Below are positions 1 to 11,600 of a stretch of DNA of 64,000 nt, piece after piece (positions within the stretch are counted from its first letter, which is position 1; every line of letters begins with the position of its first letter). The notes beneath the pieces are model-generated. The model saw nothing but the letters and a program-made list of their open reading frames with translations. It ran no database searches and was not told the origin of the DNA. Source of the stretch: Candidatus Altimarinota bacterium (GTDB taxonomy: Bacteria; Patescibacteriota; Gracilibacteria; UBA4473); the NCBI GenBank assembly GCA_965231215.1, contig OZ246423.1, forward strand, positions 1,056,001 to 1,120,000, written 5' to 3'. The position numbers were made by a program, and so were the translations under genes.

Positions 1-1785
1 CCAGGTTTCAGCAGGAGGATCTTCTGGCACAAGATAATCAGTCCCATCTACTTTAATGGTAGTCCTACCTGTAGGAAGTGGTGTTGGAGCTTCAAAATGT
101 GTATAAACTTTTTTTAGCTTATCTAAATCACCTTTATCTTTTTTATAGTCTTGGAGAGAGCTTTCCCAACTTTCTTGTAGCTCTTCAATTTTCTCAACAA
201 AACTGTCAATTTTGTTAAGGTATGCTTCAAGTAAAGTTTTTTCTTCTTGTGGTAGGTCATTGACTATACCTTCAACTTTTCTTTTAAATACTTCATGTTC
301 AGAGACAAAGGAACCTATTTCATCTAGTACGGTTTGATTTACATGTGATAGATTAATCACATCTTTTAATCCTCGACTTTTCCCTCGGGCTCCAAGACCG
401 TTGTTGACGAGTTTTTTAGCTTTTTCGAAGTGTTTTTTAACTTCATCTTTTTCAAATTTTTTAAATTCAGGAGAGAAAGCTACTTCTTTTTTGCCTAGAG
501 ATGTTTCCTCTTCAAGGTGAGCAATATAGCTCAAAAACTTTATTTTCAAACCTTTTGGCATAGAGCTTTTAATTAACGTAGTTCCAGCTGAAGTTTGTAA
601 GAACCGCGCATAAGCTACAAATTCTTGATAAGGATTCAGCTGATCCTTGTTTGGAAAGTGCTGAAAGAGTGTTTCTCTATTAACTATTCCCTGACTATCT
701 ACAAAAGGTTTTAGTTCTTTGAGTAAACCTGGGAGATCATTTTCTGGTGTTATTTCCTCACCAGGAACCTCTAACTTAGTCTTTATTGTATCAATCCTAA
801 GGCCACTTTGGGTGGCATCAAATCCATCTCGTCTGTCACGAGCCAGGGTTCTAATATCTAAATTTTCATCCAAAGCTGTAGTTTCTAGAACTTTGTTTAA
901 GTCTGTCTCATCCCAACCAAGTAGTTTATACATTTCTAATCTTTTTTCTTTTTCTAGCCCGCCAAAAAGAGATTTAGCAATATTGGTTGTAGCCGGATCG
1001 GTCATAATGTCATGTGTCAATGCTGGATCAAGCTCTTTTTCAACTCCTTCAATAATTTTTTTCTTTTGTTCGAAACTGAGGGTATCATTAAATTCTTGCT
1101 TAATTTGGCTCATTCTTTCGTTTTGGGCAGTTTCAACATCACTTTTCTTAGCGGCAATTTTTTCTTCTAGTTCAGAAAATACTTCATCGACAAAGCTAGC
1201 TCGGGTTTCAAAGTAAAATTTTTGTGAAGTGTTTGGGACACGATTACCTCCAAAGTTTTTCCAGAATCGGAAGAATTTCTTATTTTCTTCACTTTTGGTT
1301 CCGAGCTTAGTTTCGTATTCTCGTTGGTAGTTTTTTCGGAGGGTTTGAAGGGTGATAAGTGATCGGTTTACATTATCAATGGTGAGCACAGCTTCGTTTG
1401 AATTATCCTCAATATCACGAATCAGTCTTTGGTATTCAGCATTGTAGAAAACCCCATGAGAGCGTCGCCCTCGTAGTACATCAAAAATATCTTCTCTAGT
1501 TCTTTGCCTTAGGGTATCTATGTGCTTGTTCCAAGGCATTCGACCATTTTCAATATAGTCAGTCACCTCTAAGCCACGAATAGTACGGCTGTTGAAAGTA
1601 GTTAGGGCATCAATAGCTACTTCTTTGGCTTCGATTACTCGTGTTTTTTCTTCTTTTTCAGTACTTTTAGCCTTTAAAGCCTCAACTAAATCATCATTAA
1701 CTTCAGTGATGCGACCACTTGTATCTCTGTATACAAGAGGCTTAAATTGATTTAGTTGGTTCCTGAATTGTGGAAATAACTTCAT
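1..1785 (-). CDS. Large hypothetical protein, partial (>=595 aa, C-terminus outside the window)
   Basis: Not in the ORF track. Manual translation from ATG 1785: MKLFPQFRNQLNQFKPLVYRDTSGRITEVNDDLVEALKAK...; the same frame reads ...GTDYLVPEDPPAETW at position 1 (middle not translated codon by codon). Lys/Glu-rich helical; promoter directly upstream. Confidence 0.85.
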   Translation of the reverse strand, partial: MKLFPQFRNQLNQFKPLVYRDTSGRITEVNDDLVEALKAKSTEKEEKTRVIEAKEVAIDALTTFNSRTIRGLEVTDYIENGRMPWNKHIDTLRQRTREDIFDVLRGRRSHGVFYNAEYQRLIRDIEDNSNEAVLTIDNVNRSLITLQTLRKNYQREYETKLGTKSEENKKFFRFWKNFGGNRVPNTSQKFYFETRASFVDEVFSELEEKIAAKKSDVETAQNERMSQIKQEFNDTLSFEQKKKIIEGVEKELDPALTHDIMTDPATTNIAKSLFGGLEKEKRLEMYKLLGWDETDLNKVLETTALDENLDIRTLARDRRDGFDATQSGLRIDTIKTKLEVPGEEITPENDLPGLLKELKPFVDSQGIVNRETLFQHFPNKDQLNPYQEFVAYARFLQTSAGTTLIKSSMPKGLKIKFLSYIAHLEEETSLGKKEVAFSPEFKKFEKDEVKKHFEKAKKLVNNGLGARGKSRGLKDVINLSHVNQTVLDEIGSFVSEHEVFKRKVEGIVNDLPQEEKTLLEAYLNKIDSFVEKIEELQESWESSLQDYKKDKGDLDKLKKVYTHFEAPTPLPTGRTTIKVDGTDYLVPEDPPAETW

Positions 1786-1805
1786 TTTTGCGCAAAAATC
1801 CCATT

Positions 1806-1834
1806 ATTTTACCACAAAAAGGCTCAAAAAACAA
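1806..1834 (-). promoter_or_regulatory. Sigma70-type promoter with extended -10
   Basis: Minus strand TTGTTT-17 nt-TAAAAT in context TGTGGTAAAAT, 20 nt before ATG 1785. Confidence 0.65.
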
Positions 1835-1862
1835 GGGTGCCACACCTTTTTTAAACTTATAT

Positions 1863-4787
1863 TTATCGAACTTTTTGCTGCACTTTTTTGGTATAGTCTT
1901 TCATATCTCCTAAGACTTGCTTCATAACTTTGTCAGCGACCTCTTCCATACTAGTTCCAACTTGAGTTTTTTCAGCTCCAAAAGTCTGTGCCAAAGCACT
2001 AAAAGCTCTTTTTGCAAACATTTTCAATAATCTAATTTCTTCGCCATCGCCTTCTATGCTGTCGGAGGTATCAATGGCTACCGCTGAGTGTACTCCGGTT
2101 CCAATGATACCAGTTTCAATAATTTTTTTCATTTCTCGGAATCTTCCGGCACTATCAGCTCCGTCTCCAATGAGGTAAAAGGCTGGTCGATAATTTGGGA
2201 ATTTCTTTTTTTCTGCTTCTAAGTCTCTACTCGCTTTTTGAGTTGCTTCTACCATATAAGTACCTCCATTAGGTTTAACCTCTTTGATGATTCTTTTTTT
2301 AATGGTGCTTGGTTGACCGGTACTAAATTTTGATTTCTTTCTCCGGCCATCCATTGAGTAATCATCATCAAAACTTTTGATATCAGTTATTCCTTCAGCA
2401 AATAAAAAGGCCGCAAATCGAGTGTAACCAAGTTCTTTTTCAATTTTATCAAATAGCTCACAGAAGAAGAGAAGCATTTTCTTGGATTCCCTTTTATTTG
2501 GCGCCATAGAACCACTATCATCCAAGGCTACTACTGCCATGAATTTTGGCTTTGGTTCTTCTTCTTTAAGCACTCGAGGTTGGAATACTTTACCAGTCAT
2601 TCGGCTGGCAGGGCGCATTAAGGCGGACCTATCTAATTTACTTCCTTTCTGACGGTTCATATTTTCATCTATGACAAATACTCTTTTCTTTGGCAGTGCG
2701 CGAATGAATTTTTTGTACCACTTATCTACTAAAGGCAGAACTTCTTTTCTGAGTTCTAGATATTCTGCATAATCATGGTCTGCAATTTCTAGCTCTTGTT
2801 CAAGTCTTGCTAATTGATCAATGCCTTCTGTATTATCGAGTTTTTCATCCCACCTTTCTCTTTCGTGTTCCTCCATAAATCCATCTCCTTCAATTTGATC
2901 CAATTTTTGAGAAAAAATGTCCTTAAGGCGATCTACTTGTTCTTCACTGAGGTTTTCAAGCTCTTCTTTATAAGACTCAACTTTTTCATCTTGTGCAATT
3001 TCGTCCATAATATCTTTAATCTCTTGGGCACTTTGGGCTTTTCGTATTTCTTCGGAGTATTTTTTAGCCTGTTCAAAAGATTCTTTTTCGGCTTCGGCTT
3101 GAGCATCTTCACCCTCATCAATTTCCTGCATTTCATCTAAATCTTCATCTGGAGTAATCTCATCAGATATGTCTTCTTTCTCAGTGTTATCTTGGTCTTG
3201 ATTGTCACCTTCTGGTTTTTCTTCGGTTTGGGTTGGGGTCGGATCAATGGTCTGCCACATAGCCCCATCCCAAATCTCTACCCAGGCATGACCATCACTA
3301 TCGGTGATTTGTGATTTTCCGTCTTTGGTCTTGCTTACGGCAAATCCTCCAATAGACCTGCTAGGGATACTGAGTTTACGGCAGAAATCTATAAACAGGG
3401 TTGCAGCTGAGTGACATTCAATAGCCTCTTCGGCTTCGATATTAGGTAGATAATTTTCTGAAGTAGAAGTGCTATGCAGTCGACTCTGAGTATTAGCCGC
3501 ATCTGAAAGGTCTTGTCCGTCTCCTGGATATTTATATTTTTTTTGTATGTAACTAGCCAAGGCCTGAACTTTGGCCGTATTATTCAGGCTACTACTTTTA
3601 AGTTTTTTTAAGAGGTTTTCGGTATCTGAACTATAAGTTCCATTGTAGAGAATATCCGTATCAGCCGTTTCAGGATTGTCTTGAGGCTTGCTTCCTGTAT
3701 GCACAAACTCTACCGAAAAATCACCAGCACCTTTTGCTTTTAGGAAGAAGGCTCCTTTTTCATCTTTAAATATTTCACAATTGTTACCTGAAAATTGAAG
3801 AGTAGAGGCATCTACCTCATGCCCAGGAGGGAGGGGGAGAGCATCAAATTTTTCGCCTCCAGTGAGTTTAGCGTACATTCGGTACCTTTTGCTTCCGTTA
3901 GGACTTTCGTTATAAGGAGTTTTATTAGTTTTTGCATGCCAGTTTTTCCCAGACTTGTCATAATGACTGAATCGCTTTTTCACAAATTTACCAGTAGGGG
4001 CTTTACTGCCATCTACAGGTTCAATTTCATACCGGATCACAATATTAGGTTCGCCTTCTTTATTGGAAGGTTCTTCACTCATTGGTGGGGGCGTATAGTT
4101 TTCCTCATCTTCCGGGGCTGCAGCCATTTCTTCACGAGCTTTTTGAATTTCACCTGGATCATCCTGCTCCTCTTCAGGTGTATCCTCGGAATCATCCGGA
4201 GTATCTTCAGCATCATCTTCTGAATCATCAGGTTGATCTTGTGGTGAATCTGGAGGTTCTTCTTGACCTTCAGAGTCTTCAGGAGGAGTAGGTGGTTGTG
4301 GTTGAGGTGGGGTGGGAGGAGTAGATCCTTGGTTTACGTCTTTTAGTACGTTTTTAACATTGTGTTTGGTTCCTCCAGTCCATTTATCATACCATTTTCC
4401 GGCTCCTACAGCGTGGGCAATCTTTTTTAAAATACCATCTTTGGTTTCGGTGACTTCTGGCGCAATAACTTCATTTCGTTCAATCGCCCCAACTAGGCTT
4501 TGATAGTCTTGGGTTTTTAGTTCATGTCTAATTTTGGATACTCTTTTCCTGATTTTTTCTGTATCACCAATTTGGTCTTTAGGAAAGTGAATTTTATTAG
4601 GTCTAGGTGCATCATCTGGTAGAGCCTCTCCATTAAGAATACGTTTTTTGGTTTCTTCATCAAAACCTGGAGAGATACCCCATTTTTCACCTGCTACTAC
4701 TTTAATATCAGGGTCAGACAAGATCTCAGCTAATCGGTAAGCTTCTTGATCTTGTTTAAGCTGAGATGAGGCGGCTTCCGGATTCAT
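1863..4787 (-). CDS. Transglutaminase-like + vWA domain fusion protein
   Basis: Cys (ECHSAA), His/Asp (GHAWVEIWD...WQTIDPT) transglutaminase-like triad; C-terminal vWA with MIDAS DDSGS, GGT and IGDG; acidic Pro-rich linkers. Confidence 0.85.
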   Translation of the reverse strand: MNPEAASSQLKQDQEAYRLAEILSDPDIKVVAGEKWGISPGFDEETKKRILNGEALPDDAPRPNKIHFPKDQIGDTEKIRKRVSKIRHELKTQDYQSLVGAIERNEVIAPEVTETKDGILKKIAHAVGAGKWYDKWTGGTKHNVKNVLKDVNQGSTPPTPPQPQPPTPPEDSEGQEEPPDSPQDQPDDSEDDAEDTPDDSEDTPEEEQDDPGEIQKAREEMAAAPEDEENYTPPPMSEEPSNKEGEPNIVIRYEIEPVDGSKAPTGKFVKKRFSHYDKSGKNWHAKTNKTPYNESPNGSKRYRMYAKLTGGEKFDALPLPPGHEVDASTLQFSGNNCEIFKDEKGAFFLKAKGAGDFSVEFVHTGSKPQDNPETADTDILYNGTYSSDTENLLKKLKSSSLNNTAKVQALASYIQKKYKYPGDGQDLSDAANTQSRLHSTSTSENYLPNIEAEEAIECHSAATLFIDFCRKLSIPSRSIGGFAVSKTKDGKSQITDSDGHAWVEIWDGAMWQTIDPTPTQTEEKPEGDNQDQDNTEKEDISDEITPDEDLDEMQEIDEGEDAQAEAEKESFEQAKKYSEEIRKAQSAQEIKDIMDEIAQDEKVESYKEELENLSEEQVDRLKDIFSQKLDQIEGDGFMEEHERERWDEKLDNTEGIDQLARLEQELEIADHDYAEYLELRKEVLPLVDKWYKKFIRALPKKRVFVIDENMNRQKGSKLDRSALMRPASRMTGKVFQPRVLKEEEPKPKFMAVVALDDSGSMAPNKRESKKMLLFFCELFDKIEKELGYTRFAAFLFAEGITDIKSFDDDYSMDGRRKKSKFSTGQPSTIKKRIIKEVKPNGGTYMVEATQKASRDLEAEKKKFPNYRPAFYLIGDGADSAGRFREMKKIIETGIIGTGVHSAVAIDTSDSIEGDGEEIRLLKMFAKRAFSALAQTFGAEKTQVGTSMEEVADKVMKQVLGDMKDYTKKVQQKVR

Positions 4788-4792
4788 ATTAA

Positions 4793-7700
4793 TTAAATGT
4801 TATCAGCCGCCCGTGCAATTTCACCAGCAAGTTTTTCTCTAACACTGGCTTCATCATAGTGACTTAAATACTCTTCTTTAAGAAGGTCTAAAGCGACACT
4901 TCTAGGATCCGTAGCACTAGCCTCTACAAAATTACTGAGTCGATAAGCACATCGAGTTATGTCTCGAAGAGTAATAGGGTAGACAATATCTAAAATGTCA
5001 GTATTAGATTCAAAACCAGTGGGTTTATCGTTTACATATTGTTGTGCAAAATTGTATCTAATAACATCAGCCATTTTTACGAGCTCTAGAATTACTTGCA
5101 TATCAAATTGCTGTTTTTCATCAGCATCTATAGCTCCTGGAACTTGAGATCTATTTACATATTTATCCCACACCTTAACAAATTCGTTTTCTGATAAATC
5201 TGGATTATAAGTAAGATGTTGGAGTGAGTTAGTAGAACGAGCAATTTTTAAAGCTTCTGATGAAGCAAATTTTCTATCAAAAGGGGATTCTCCTAGTTCT
5301 TGTTTCCCATCTCTTCTGAGATGGTTATATTCAATTTCTATTTCTTGCATCCGACTTTTGGTTGCAGCTTGAGGGTCAAAGGTTCCTTCATATCCAGGAT
5401 TCATAGAACCTGCAATAACTACGCTCGGTTCCGTTTTAATAACTTTACCTCCACTAGTTTTTAGAGTCATTTGACGTTTACCATCCAAAAGAGAGTGTAA
5501 GAAAATTTGAGCTGACTCTGGCATCGCATTGAACTCATTAAAGTAGACTATCGCTCCTGGAGTTTGGATTCCTTCTACAATACTAGAAGGTACTTTTACA
5601 GTGTTTCCATCTTCTAGAAGGATTTCCTCACCCAAGTCAGCTTCAGTGGTCCATTTACTACAATCAAATGAAAAATAAGACCGGTTAGTATGATGAGCAA
5701 AAACTTGAAGTAAAACATCTTTACCAGTTCCAGTATGCCCCTTAAGCATAAGCATTCCTTCTTGCCTATCAGCCTGCATTTGGAATCTTTCAGCAATATC
5801 CTCAAGGTAACCTTGTTCTTCTTCACCAATAACCCAGCTTGGGTTTAGTTTTGGTACACCATTAATATATACCGGTTCAGAACTATTAATTTCATTTAAT
5901 TTCCTTTCGGCTTGTCTGAGATGAGGAATAAAATTTTGGGCACAGAATTCTGCGTATTGTTTGTAAAGAGTGGTGTATTGCTGTTTCCATTCTGGATTTT
6001 TTAGCTCTCCTTCTGGATGTTCCTCTGAAGGTTCGGTTCGTTCATTTTTTTCAGCGTATTTAGCTTTTAATCTGGTACGTAGGTCATCATGTTCTTTTTT
6101 TACATTGCCTCCGTTCATCCATTCATTAAGTAAACGAGAAATGTGTTTATATTGCTTTCGAGGAAGGTATCCTGGGGTAATTTCTTCACCTTTAGAATCA
6201 GCCCCAAGACGAAATTCTTGTTCTATACCTGTATCACCCCAGAGACGCTCTTGGGTTAGTTCACCTTTTTCATTGGTTATGGTGATACCAATATCTCCCA
6301 TAGCGGTTTTAGGATTATCGGTAAGAGTGGCTTGATTCATAATAAAGTCTAGCCGCGCGCTTTTTCGTCCACCTTTCTGAACTCGTTTCATAATTGGGGC
6401 ATTGATATGTCCAAAGGTATATACATTTTCTCCTCGGTCATTAGTTTTAGCATTTTGGCGTGCTATGATTTGGTTAATGACTTCGTAAGATTTTCGAGAA
6501 ATATCACTTTCTAATGCTTGAGCTTGAGGTACATTTTCAGACCGAATATCTTCAATTCCAGCTGTGATATTTTCAAAAGCTGGATCATTGGCAATAAATT
6601 CAGTTACCTCTTCTTTGGTAACCAGTCCAGATTCATTACTGAGAGTTTCAAAGTAATTATTAATATCGAGTTTAACATTTTCTACTTTTCTCATAAGAGC
6701 ACTTTCGGCTTCAGCACGAGCTTCTCCTCGTGCATCTTTAAAGCTACTTATTTTTTCTGCACAGATTCTGTGAATAGTTTCTTGAGATTGAAGAATGGCT
6801 AAACGAGCTTGTTCACCATCTTGTGAAGTTTGTTTGTAGTGTTCTTCCATACTTCTTAGATGGGCTATTCTTTCATTTCTATGCCAAACCATGTAGGCTT
6901 CATAAGTTTTTTTATTATCTATTTCACTTTCTACTTGTTCCACGATAGCCGCAAGGTCAGTTTCTAGACCGGATAGATGAGTTGTATAAAGGCTTTCTCT
7001 GTGAGATCGAGCGTTACTTAGAACTGCTTCAACATCCCTTTTAATGGTGCTTCCTTCTGCTAAAACTGGGTTAAAGTTTTGAAGAATTCGTAGACTCGGA
7101 GTTAGCTCATCCATTTGACTTGGACGTGAAGCTGCTTTGATTTTTGGCCCAACCTCGTTTACTAAAGCCTGGGCTCGATCTGTTTTTTTAGTTTCAATTT
7201 CATCGAAGATTGGTTTAAGGATGTAGTTTACATGAACTTCAGTAACGCCTCCGTCTTCTAGAGCTTGTTTTAATTCCGCTATAGATTTTTCAATGCCTCC
7301 AAAATCTTCGATAGTTTTGGCTTCATCTATTTGGGCACCAAGTCCATCTCTAATTTCTTTTGTTTTTTCATCTAATACTGGTTTTTCAGCATCGGTTACT
7401 TCATTTGGAGTTTCTTCACTTCCAGAAACAATAGAAGCAATATCAATACTGCTAGTTAATCGAATAGTCCGAATAGCATGTGAGAGCTCAGAAAGGTTTG
7501 ATTCACAGGTTTTAAGGTTTCCTTGGTCATCAATGATTTGTACTTGAGTTTCGGTAGTAGTGAAATCCTGAATCCCATCATATTGGAATAAAATTTCACC
7601 ATCATGTAGACCGATGAAGTAGATTTTTCCTTCTTCAGTAAGAATATTGATTATTTCTCCTCCTGGTACTTCTTTAATTTTTTTTACTTTTGAGTTTCGG

Positions 7701-8596
7701 ATTTCCTCAGGAAGTCGAATTGCATTCTTACTAGCTTCGTCTTCGTGGTTGAAAGTTACATGATAAAGATATTCTGGTTTTTCTTTGTCACAATAACTTA
7801 GACCGTCTCGAGATTTAGTTACGGCAGGATTCTGAATATTATCACTCAAAAACTCGTTCCCTCCATTATTGAGACTAACTACTTTTACTCCATTTCTATT
7901 AACGAGTGCTAGAAGCCTTCCATCTAAAGCTACAACATCATGGTTTTGTAAATCTAGACCATCTATTTGTCCATATATACTTTTGAGATCTTCATCTTGT
8001 TCATAGTTAAAAATAGTGAAACGTTTCCAATTATGTGGTGGCTCTGTTTGACCTTGCTCGTTGGTAGTTTTGAATATGATTTTTTCCCCTTTAGAATCAT
8101 AAAAAATGATGAATTTACCATCATCCAAAATGGCTGGCGTTCTGACTGGAACAAACTGACTTTGGACTAGCTGGCTGACTGCGATTTCACCAGAATTATT
8201 AGTTTGTATATTAATCAATTGTTTAAGTCTAGCGGCTTTTGTAGGATCGATTCCCTCTAGTTGATCTACACCACAGAGATTTCCATAAGTACTATCAATA
8301 ATGCTTATTGTGTCGGCGTCTTCTTTTTCTTCAGGTAATGTAAGACCTTCTTTTTCGAGCCATTGGTTTATGGTGTATTCGAGCTTTAGCTCATTTTCTG
8401 TAAAACTAGTATCCTCTATACCTTGATGATCTAGCACTCTTACAGTGCTGCCATCGATATAAAAAGAACAGTTTTTCCAAGAAAGTAGTTCACTACCTTC
8501 GGGGATTTGTTTTGCATTGAAGTCTTCAACGCGTTTGAAACTTGGGGAAGGCAGCCCTAAGTTTTTGTCCGCAGCCGTTTCATGTGATTTTGCCAT
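4793..8596 (-). CDS. Large MoxR/AAA_5-type AAA+ ATPase with N-terminal beta-rich and coiled-coil regions
   Basis: C-terminal module GHTGTGKD, FDCSKWTTEADLG, VYFNEFN, LHSLLD, SMNPGYEGT, ATKSR, ITLRD typical of MoxR/CbbQ/midasin-like AAA+. Confidence 0.85.
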   Translation of the reverse strand: MAKSHETAADKNLGLPSPSFKRVEDFNAKQIPEGSELLSWKNCSFYIDGSTVRVLDHQGIEDTSFTENELKLEYTINQWLEKEGLTLPEEKEDADTISIIDSTYGNLCGVDQLEGIDPTKAARLKQLINIQTNNSGEIAVSQLVQSQFVPVRTPAILDDGKFIIFYDSKGEKIIFKTTNEQGQTEPPHNWKRFTIFNYEQDEDLKSIYGQIDGLDLQNHDVVALDGRLLALVNRNGVKVVSLNNGGNEFLSDNIQNPAVTKSRDGLSYCDKEKPEYLYHVTFNHEDEASKNAIRLPEEIRNSKVKKIKEVPGGEIINILTEEGKIYFIGLHDGEILFQYDGIQDFTTTETQVQIIDDQGNLKTCESNLSELSHAIRTIRLTSSIDIASIVSGSEETPNEVTDAEKPVLDEKTKEIRDGLGAQIDEAKTIEDFGGIEKSIAELKQALEDGGVTEVHVNYILKPIFDEIETKKTDRAQALVNEVGPKIKAASRPSQMDELTPSLRILQNFNPVLAEGSTIKRDVEAVLSNARSHRESLYTTHLSGLETDLAAIVEQVESEIDNKKTYEAYMVWHRNERIAHLRSMEEHYKQTSQDGEQARLAILQSQETIHRICAEKISSFKDARGEARAEAESALMRKVENVKLDINNYFETLSNESGLVTKEEVTEFIANDPAFENITAGIEDIRSENVPQAQALESDISRKSYEVINQIIARQNAKTNDRGENVYTFGHINAPIMKRVQKGGRKSARLDFIMNQATLTDNPKTAMGDIGITITNEKGELTQERLWGDTGIEQEFRLGADSKGEEITPGYLPRKQYKHISRLLNEWMNGGNVKKEHDDLRTRLKAKYAEKNERTEPSEEHPEGELKNPEWKQQYTTLYKQYAEFCAQNFIPHLRQAERKLNEINSSEPVYINGVPKLNPSWVIGEEEQGYLEDIAERFQMQADRQEGMLMLKGHTGTGKDVLLQVFAHHTNRSYFSFDCSKWTTEADLGEEILLEDGNTVKVPSSIVEGIQTPGAIVYFNEFNAMPESAQIFLHSLLDGKRQMTLKTSGGKVIKTEPSVVIAGSMNPGYEGTFDPQAATKSRMQEIEIEYNHLRRDGKQELGESPFDRKFASSEALKIARSTNSLQHLTYNPDLSENEFVKVWDKYVNRSQVPGAIDADEKQQFDMQVILELVKMADVIRYNFAQQYVNDKPTGFESNTDILDIVYPITLRDITRCAYRLSNFVEASATDPRSVALDLLKEEYLSHYDEASVREKLAGEIARAADNI

Positions 8597-8616
8597 TTTT
8601 TAATATAAACGAGCAA

Positions 8617-11600
8617 TTAAGGGGTAATACTAAAAGTAACTTCACCTGATGGGTGAACTTTTGCCGCTACCTCAGGAATTCCATTGGCAGGATCGGCTTT
8701 TTGTATTCGATAAAAATTTCCATTTGCTAGAATCTGTGATCCAGCAAAAAATCCAGCATCTCCTGGTTTTGAAGGGAAAGAAAACTCTCCAAGACCAGTT
8801 TTTTCAAAAAGTAATTTAATTTTCTTACCTAAAGCTCCAGTAACCGTAATAGAATTATTTGGAGCATTTGTAAGTTCCTGAACTCTTAGACTTTTGGTTT
8901 GTTTTGTGAAGTAAGTTGCATTCTCTAATGTAATAGCGTCAGGATTAAGTATTTCTAGTTTTTCAGTTTTTGGTTTTGTTACTGGTTCTTTTGGGAGCTT
9001 AGTAATTTGGAAAAAACTTAAACTTCCATCAGCATTCTCAACTTTTTCAATACGAATTCTTGAACCATCAATTTTACTAGTAAGTATGTTACCTTCTAGG
9101 ATGGCGTTAGCTTCAATCAACTCCATTTTTCCTTTTCTGGTAATGAAAAGTACATTTCCTGAACCGTCTTGGAAATTTAGATCTTTAGCCTCTCTTACCA
9201 GTTCAGTTATTTCATGAGTGTTGTTGTCTTTAAGTTTATCTGTGTTTATGTTTTTACCTTCTTTGGCTGATCCTAGACCGGCTTCAGCGGCCTTTCTAGA
9301 TTGAACTTTTCGTCCAACGGTATAGACTTCGTAGAAAGTACTACCGTCTTTATTCACAATTTTGCTATGAGCATCTTTAATTCCGGCCTCTTGTAATTGT
9401 CTTACGACGGTATTGGCTTCTTCTAGAGTTCGATGTTGAGAGACTGGATCACCTTTTTCTCCTTGTTTTTCAAGTTTTTTAATGAGTTCATTTCTCTGTG
9501 CTTCCAACTTTCGTTGTCTTGTCTCATGTTTGTTTTTTCTAAACCTCTTTGGAGTTTTTTCACTATGCTGTTGTATTTGATCATTCAGATTTTGAAGCTC
9601 ATTTACTGTCGTATTCTTTTTTGGTAGTGAAGTGAGGTGGACTTCGTAGATTGGTTTTTCTCCGCTAGTGACTTCTTTGATTTTTCCTGTAGCGCCAGTT
9701 TCTTGGATTTCTTTGAGTACCGCTTCTGCTTCGGTTCGGTTTTCATGCTTAGAAACTGACTCATTCTTATTGGCAGCTTCTTGCATTTGCTTAAGCAGTT
9801 GTGATCTTTCACCTTCTAATCTTCGGAGCTCTCGCCCTCGCCACAAAGCCTTAGCTTTACCTCCTTTTATTAAGGTTGGTTCTGGCATGGCTCTAAGTTC
9901 AGCAATACTGGCATTAACATCTTTTAATGCATCTGGGGCTGATTTTGGTTCCGCTTTAAGTAATTCTTGTCGGTATTGTCGTCGAAGTTCTCGATATTTT
10001 TGATTAATAGCGGCTATATCTTCTCTTCCTTTTAATACGGCTTCTTGGGCTATATCTCTGGCATCTTGAAGTTCTTTGATATGATCCGCGTTGTCCTCTT
10101 TCTTAGCTTTAGCCTCAACCAGTTGTTGTTCTTTTTGTCTGAGAGTTTTTTCAGCTTCGCTAAGTCTTTGACGGGCTTCAAGTTCTTTGACTCTGTTTTG
10201 ACGCATAGATCCGTGATACTTCGCTTCGGCGGCTCTTCCTTGAGCCGATTCTGTTTTTCGAATAGAGCCCCAAAGTCTTTTAACAGGGGCAGGAATCCAA
10301 TTTTGTCTTTTTGGTTTGACCCCCAATGAAGGAGGCCTGCTAACAGTTATAGTAGGGCTATGAGCTGCGATAACTTCAGGTTTAGTTTGAGGTTTTCCAT
10401 TGGCGCCTATTTCGGTAAATTCGAACGTTACATTATCACCTTTTTTTTGAGTAATTTTTCCCCTTCTTAATTTTCCATCTTTTTTTATAATGACGGGTTC
10501 TCCAGCGATGAATGGTTCCCCATTTATGTTTACAATGTCATGGGTCAATTGTGTATCAATTTCGTTGATCTGTTTCTTGGTGGCCTTGATTTTTGCTTCT
10601 ATGGCTTTTTGTGTTTTATCATGAGCTTCTTTTTTAATTTTTTTATTTGTAAGGTCGTTTTGTAGCGCTCGACTTTGAGCCTCTAGAGTTTCTAGGTCTC
10701 TTTGTCTAGCTTCTTTTTGTTTTTTGAGGTTAAACTTATAGGCTTCAACGGGGTCTTTTGGTGTTCTGGCAAAGAAATCTTTGGCTCTTTCTTTCATTTG
10801 TTTTCGCGCCTTTGGGGCTAAGCTGGCTACTTTTTTGGGTTCAGCACCCCGGCCTAATTGTGGAAGTAAGAAAAACAGCATCCACTCTTTGGCAAATTGT
10901 TCACCGCTCATTTCATGTCCAATGTGTCCATTGGTGGCGCTGTGCGCAGTGGTAGCTGTAATGGCCATGAGTCCACTATCAAATCCAGTTCGGAGGGTTC
11001 TTTGAGCTAGGTAATTTCCAAAACCGCTTCGGGTTCTTTTTCCAGTATTTCGTACAGCCCAGTTTGGAAGAGTTTCTCCAAGGGTTCGTACTTCCTGGAT
11101 GCCTAATTTTTGCATTCCTTTTCCATAAACAAAATTTCCTCCTCGGAATACGTTGAACATAAGGGCACTCATAAGGTTTCCGTTGAGAGAAGTATCCATT
11201 TGTCCTTCAACGATCATGTTTTGGGCTTGGTTAAACATTAACCCCTCGAAAGAAGCAGCTCCAATTCCAGCAGCTAGTCTGGCGCCTCGGATACTATTGG
11301 CTTTAGCGCCAACATTAGCTACTGCGTCAGCTCCAGCCATGGCTGCGGCTGCCCATGAAAGTCCTTTTGCAGCGGCCCATCTAGCTCCTGCGGCTAGGCC
11401 TCCAGAGACCAATATAAGTGGAATATTGATGGCAATTTCTTTCCAAATCCAATCTTTGGTAGTTTCGGTCATATCCCATCCTTTCTCTAGTCCATGAATA
11501 TCTTGATAATCGGTTAAAGCTTCCGCGACTAGACCATCAACTCCAAGGTCACTAGCGGTTTTTTCGTTAATAGCAAAGTGAAGCTTGGCTCGATCAATCA

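Noticed and set aside
719-1216. 165-aa plus-strand ORF and the many other short antisense/overlapping ORFs in the track
   Set aside because: Shadow frames opposite longer motif-bearing genes (here the 1-1785 minus-strand gene); Ser/Phe-rich antisense composition.
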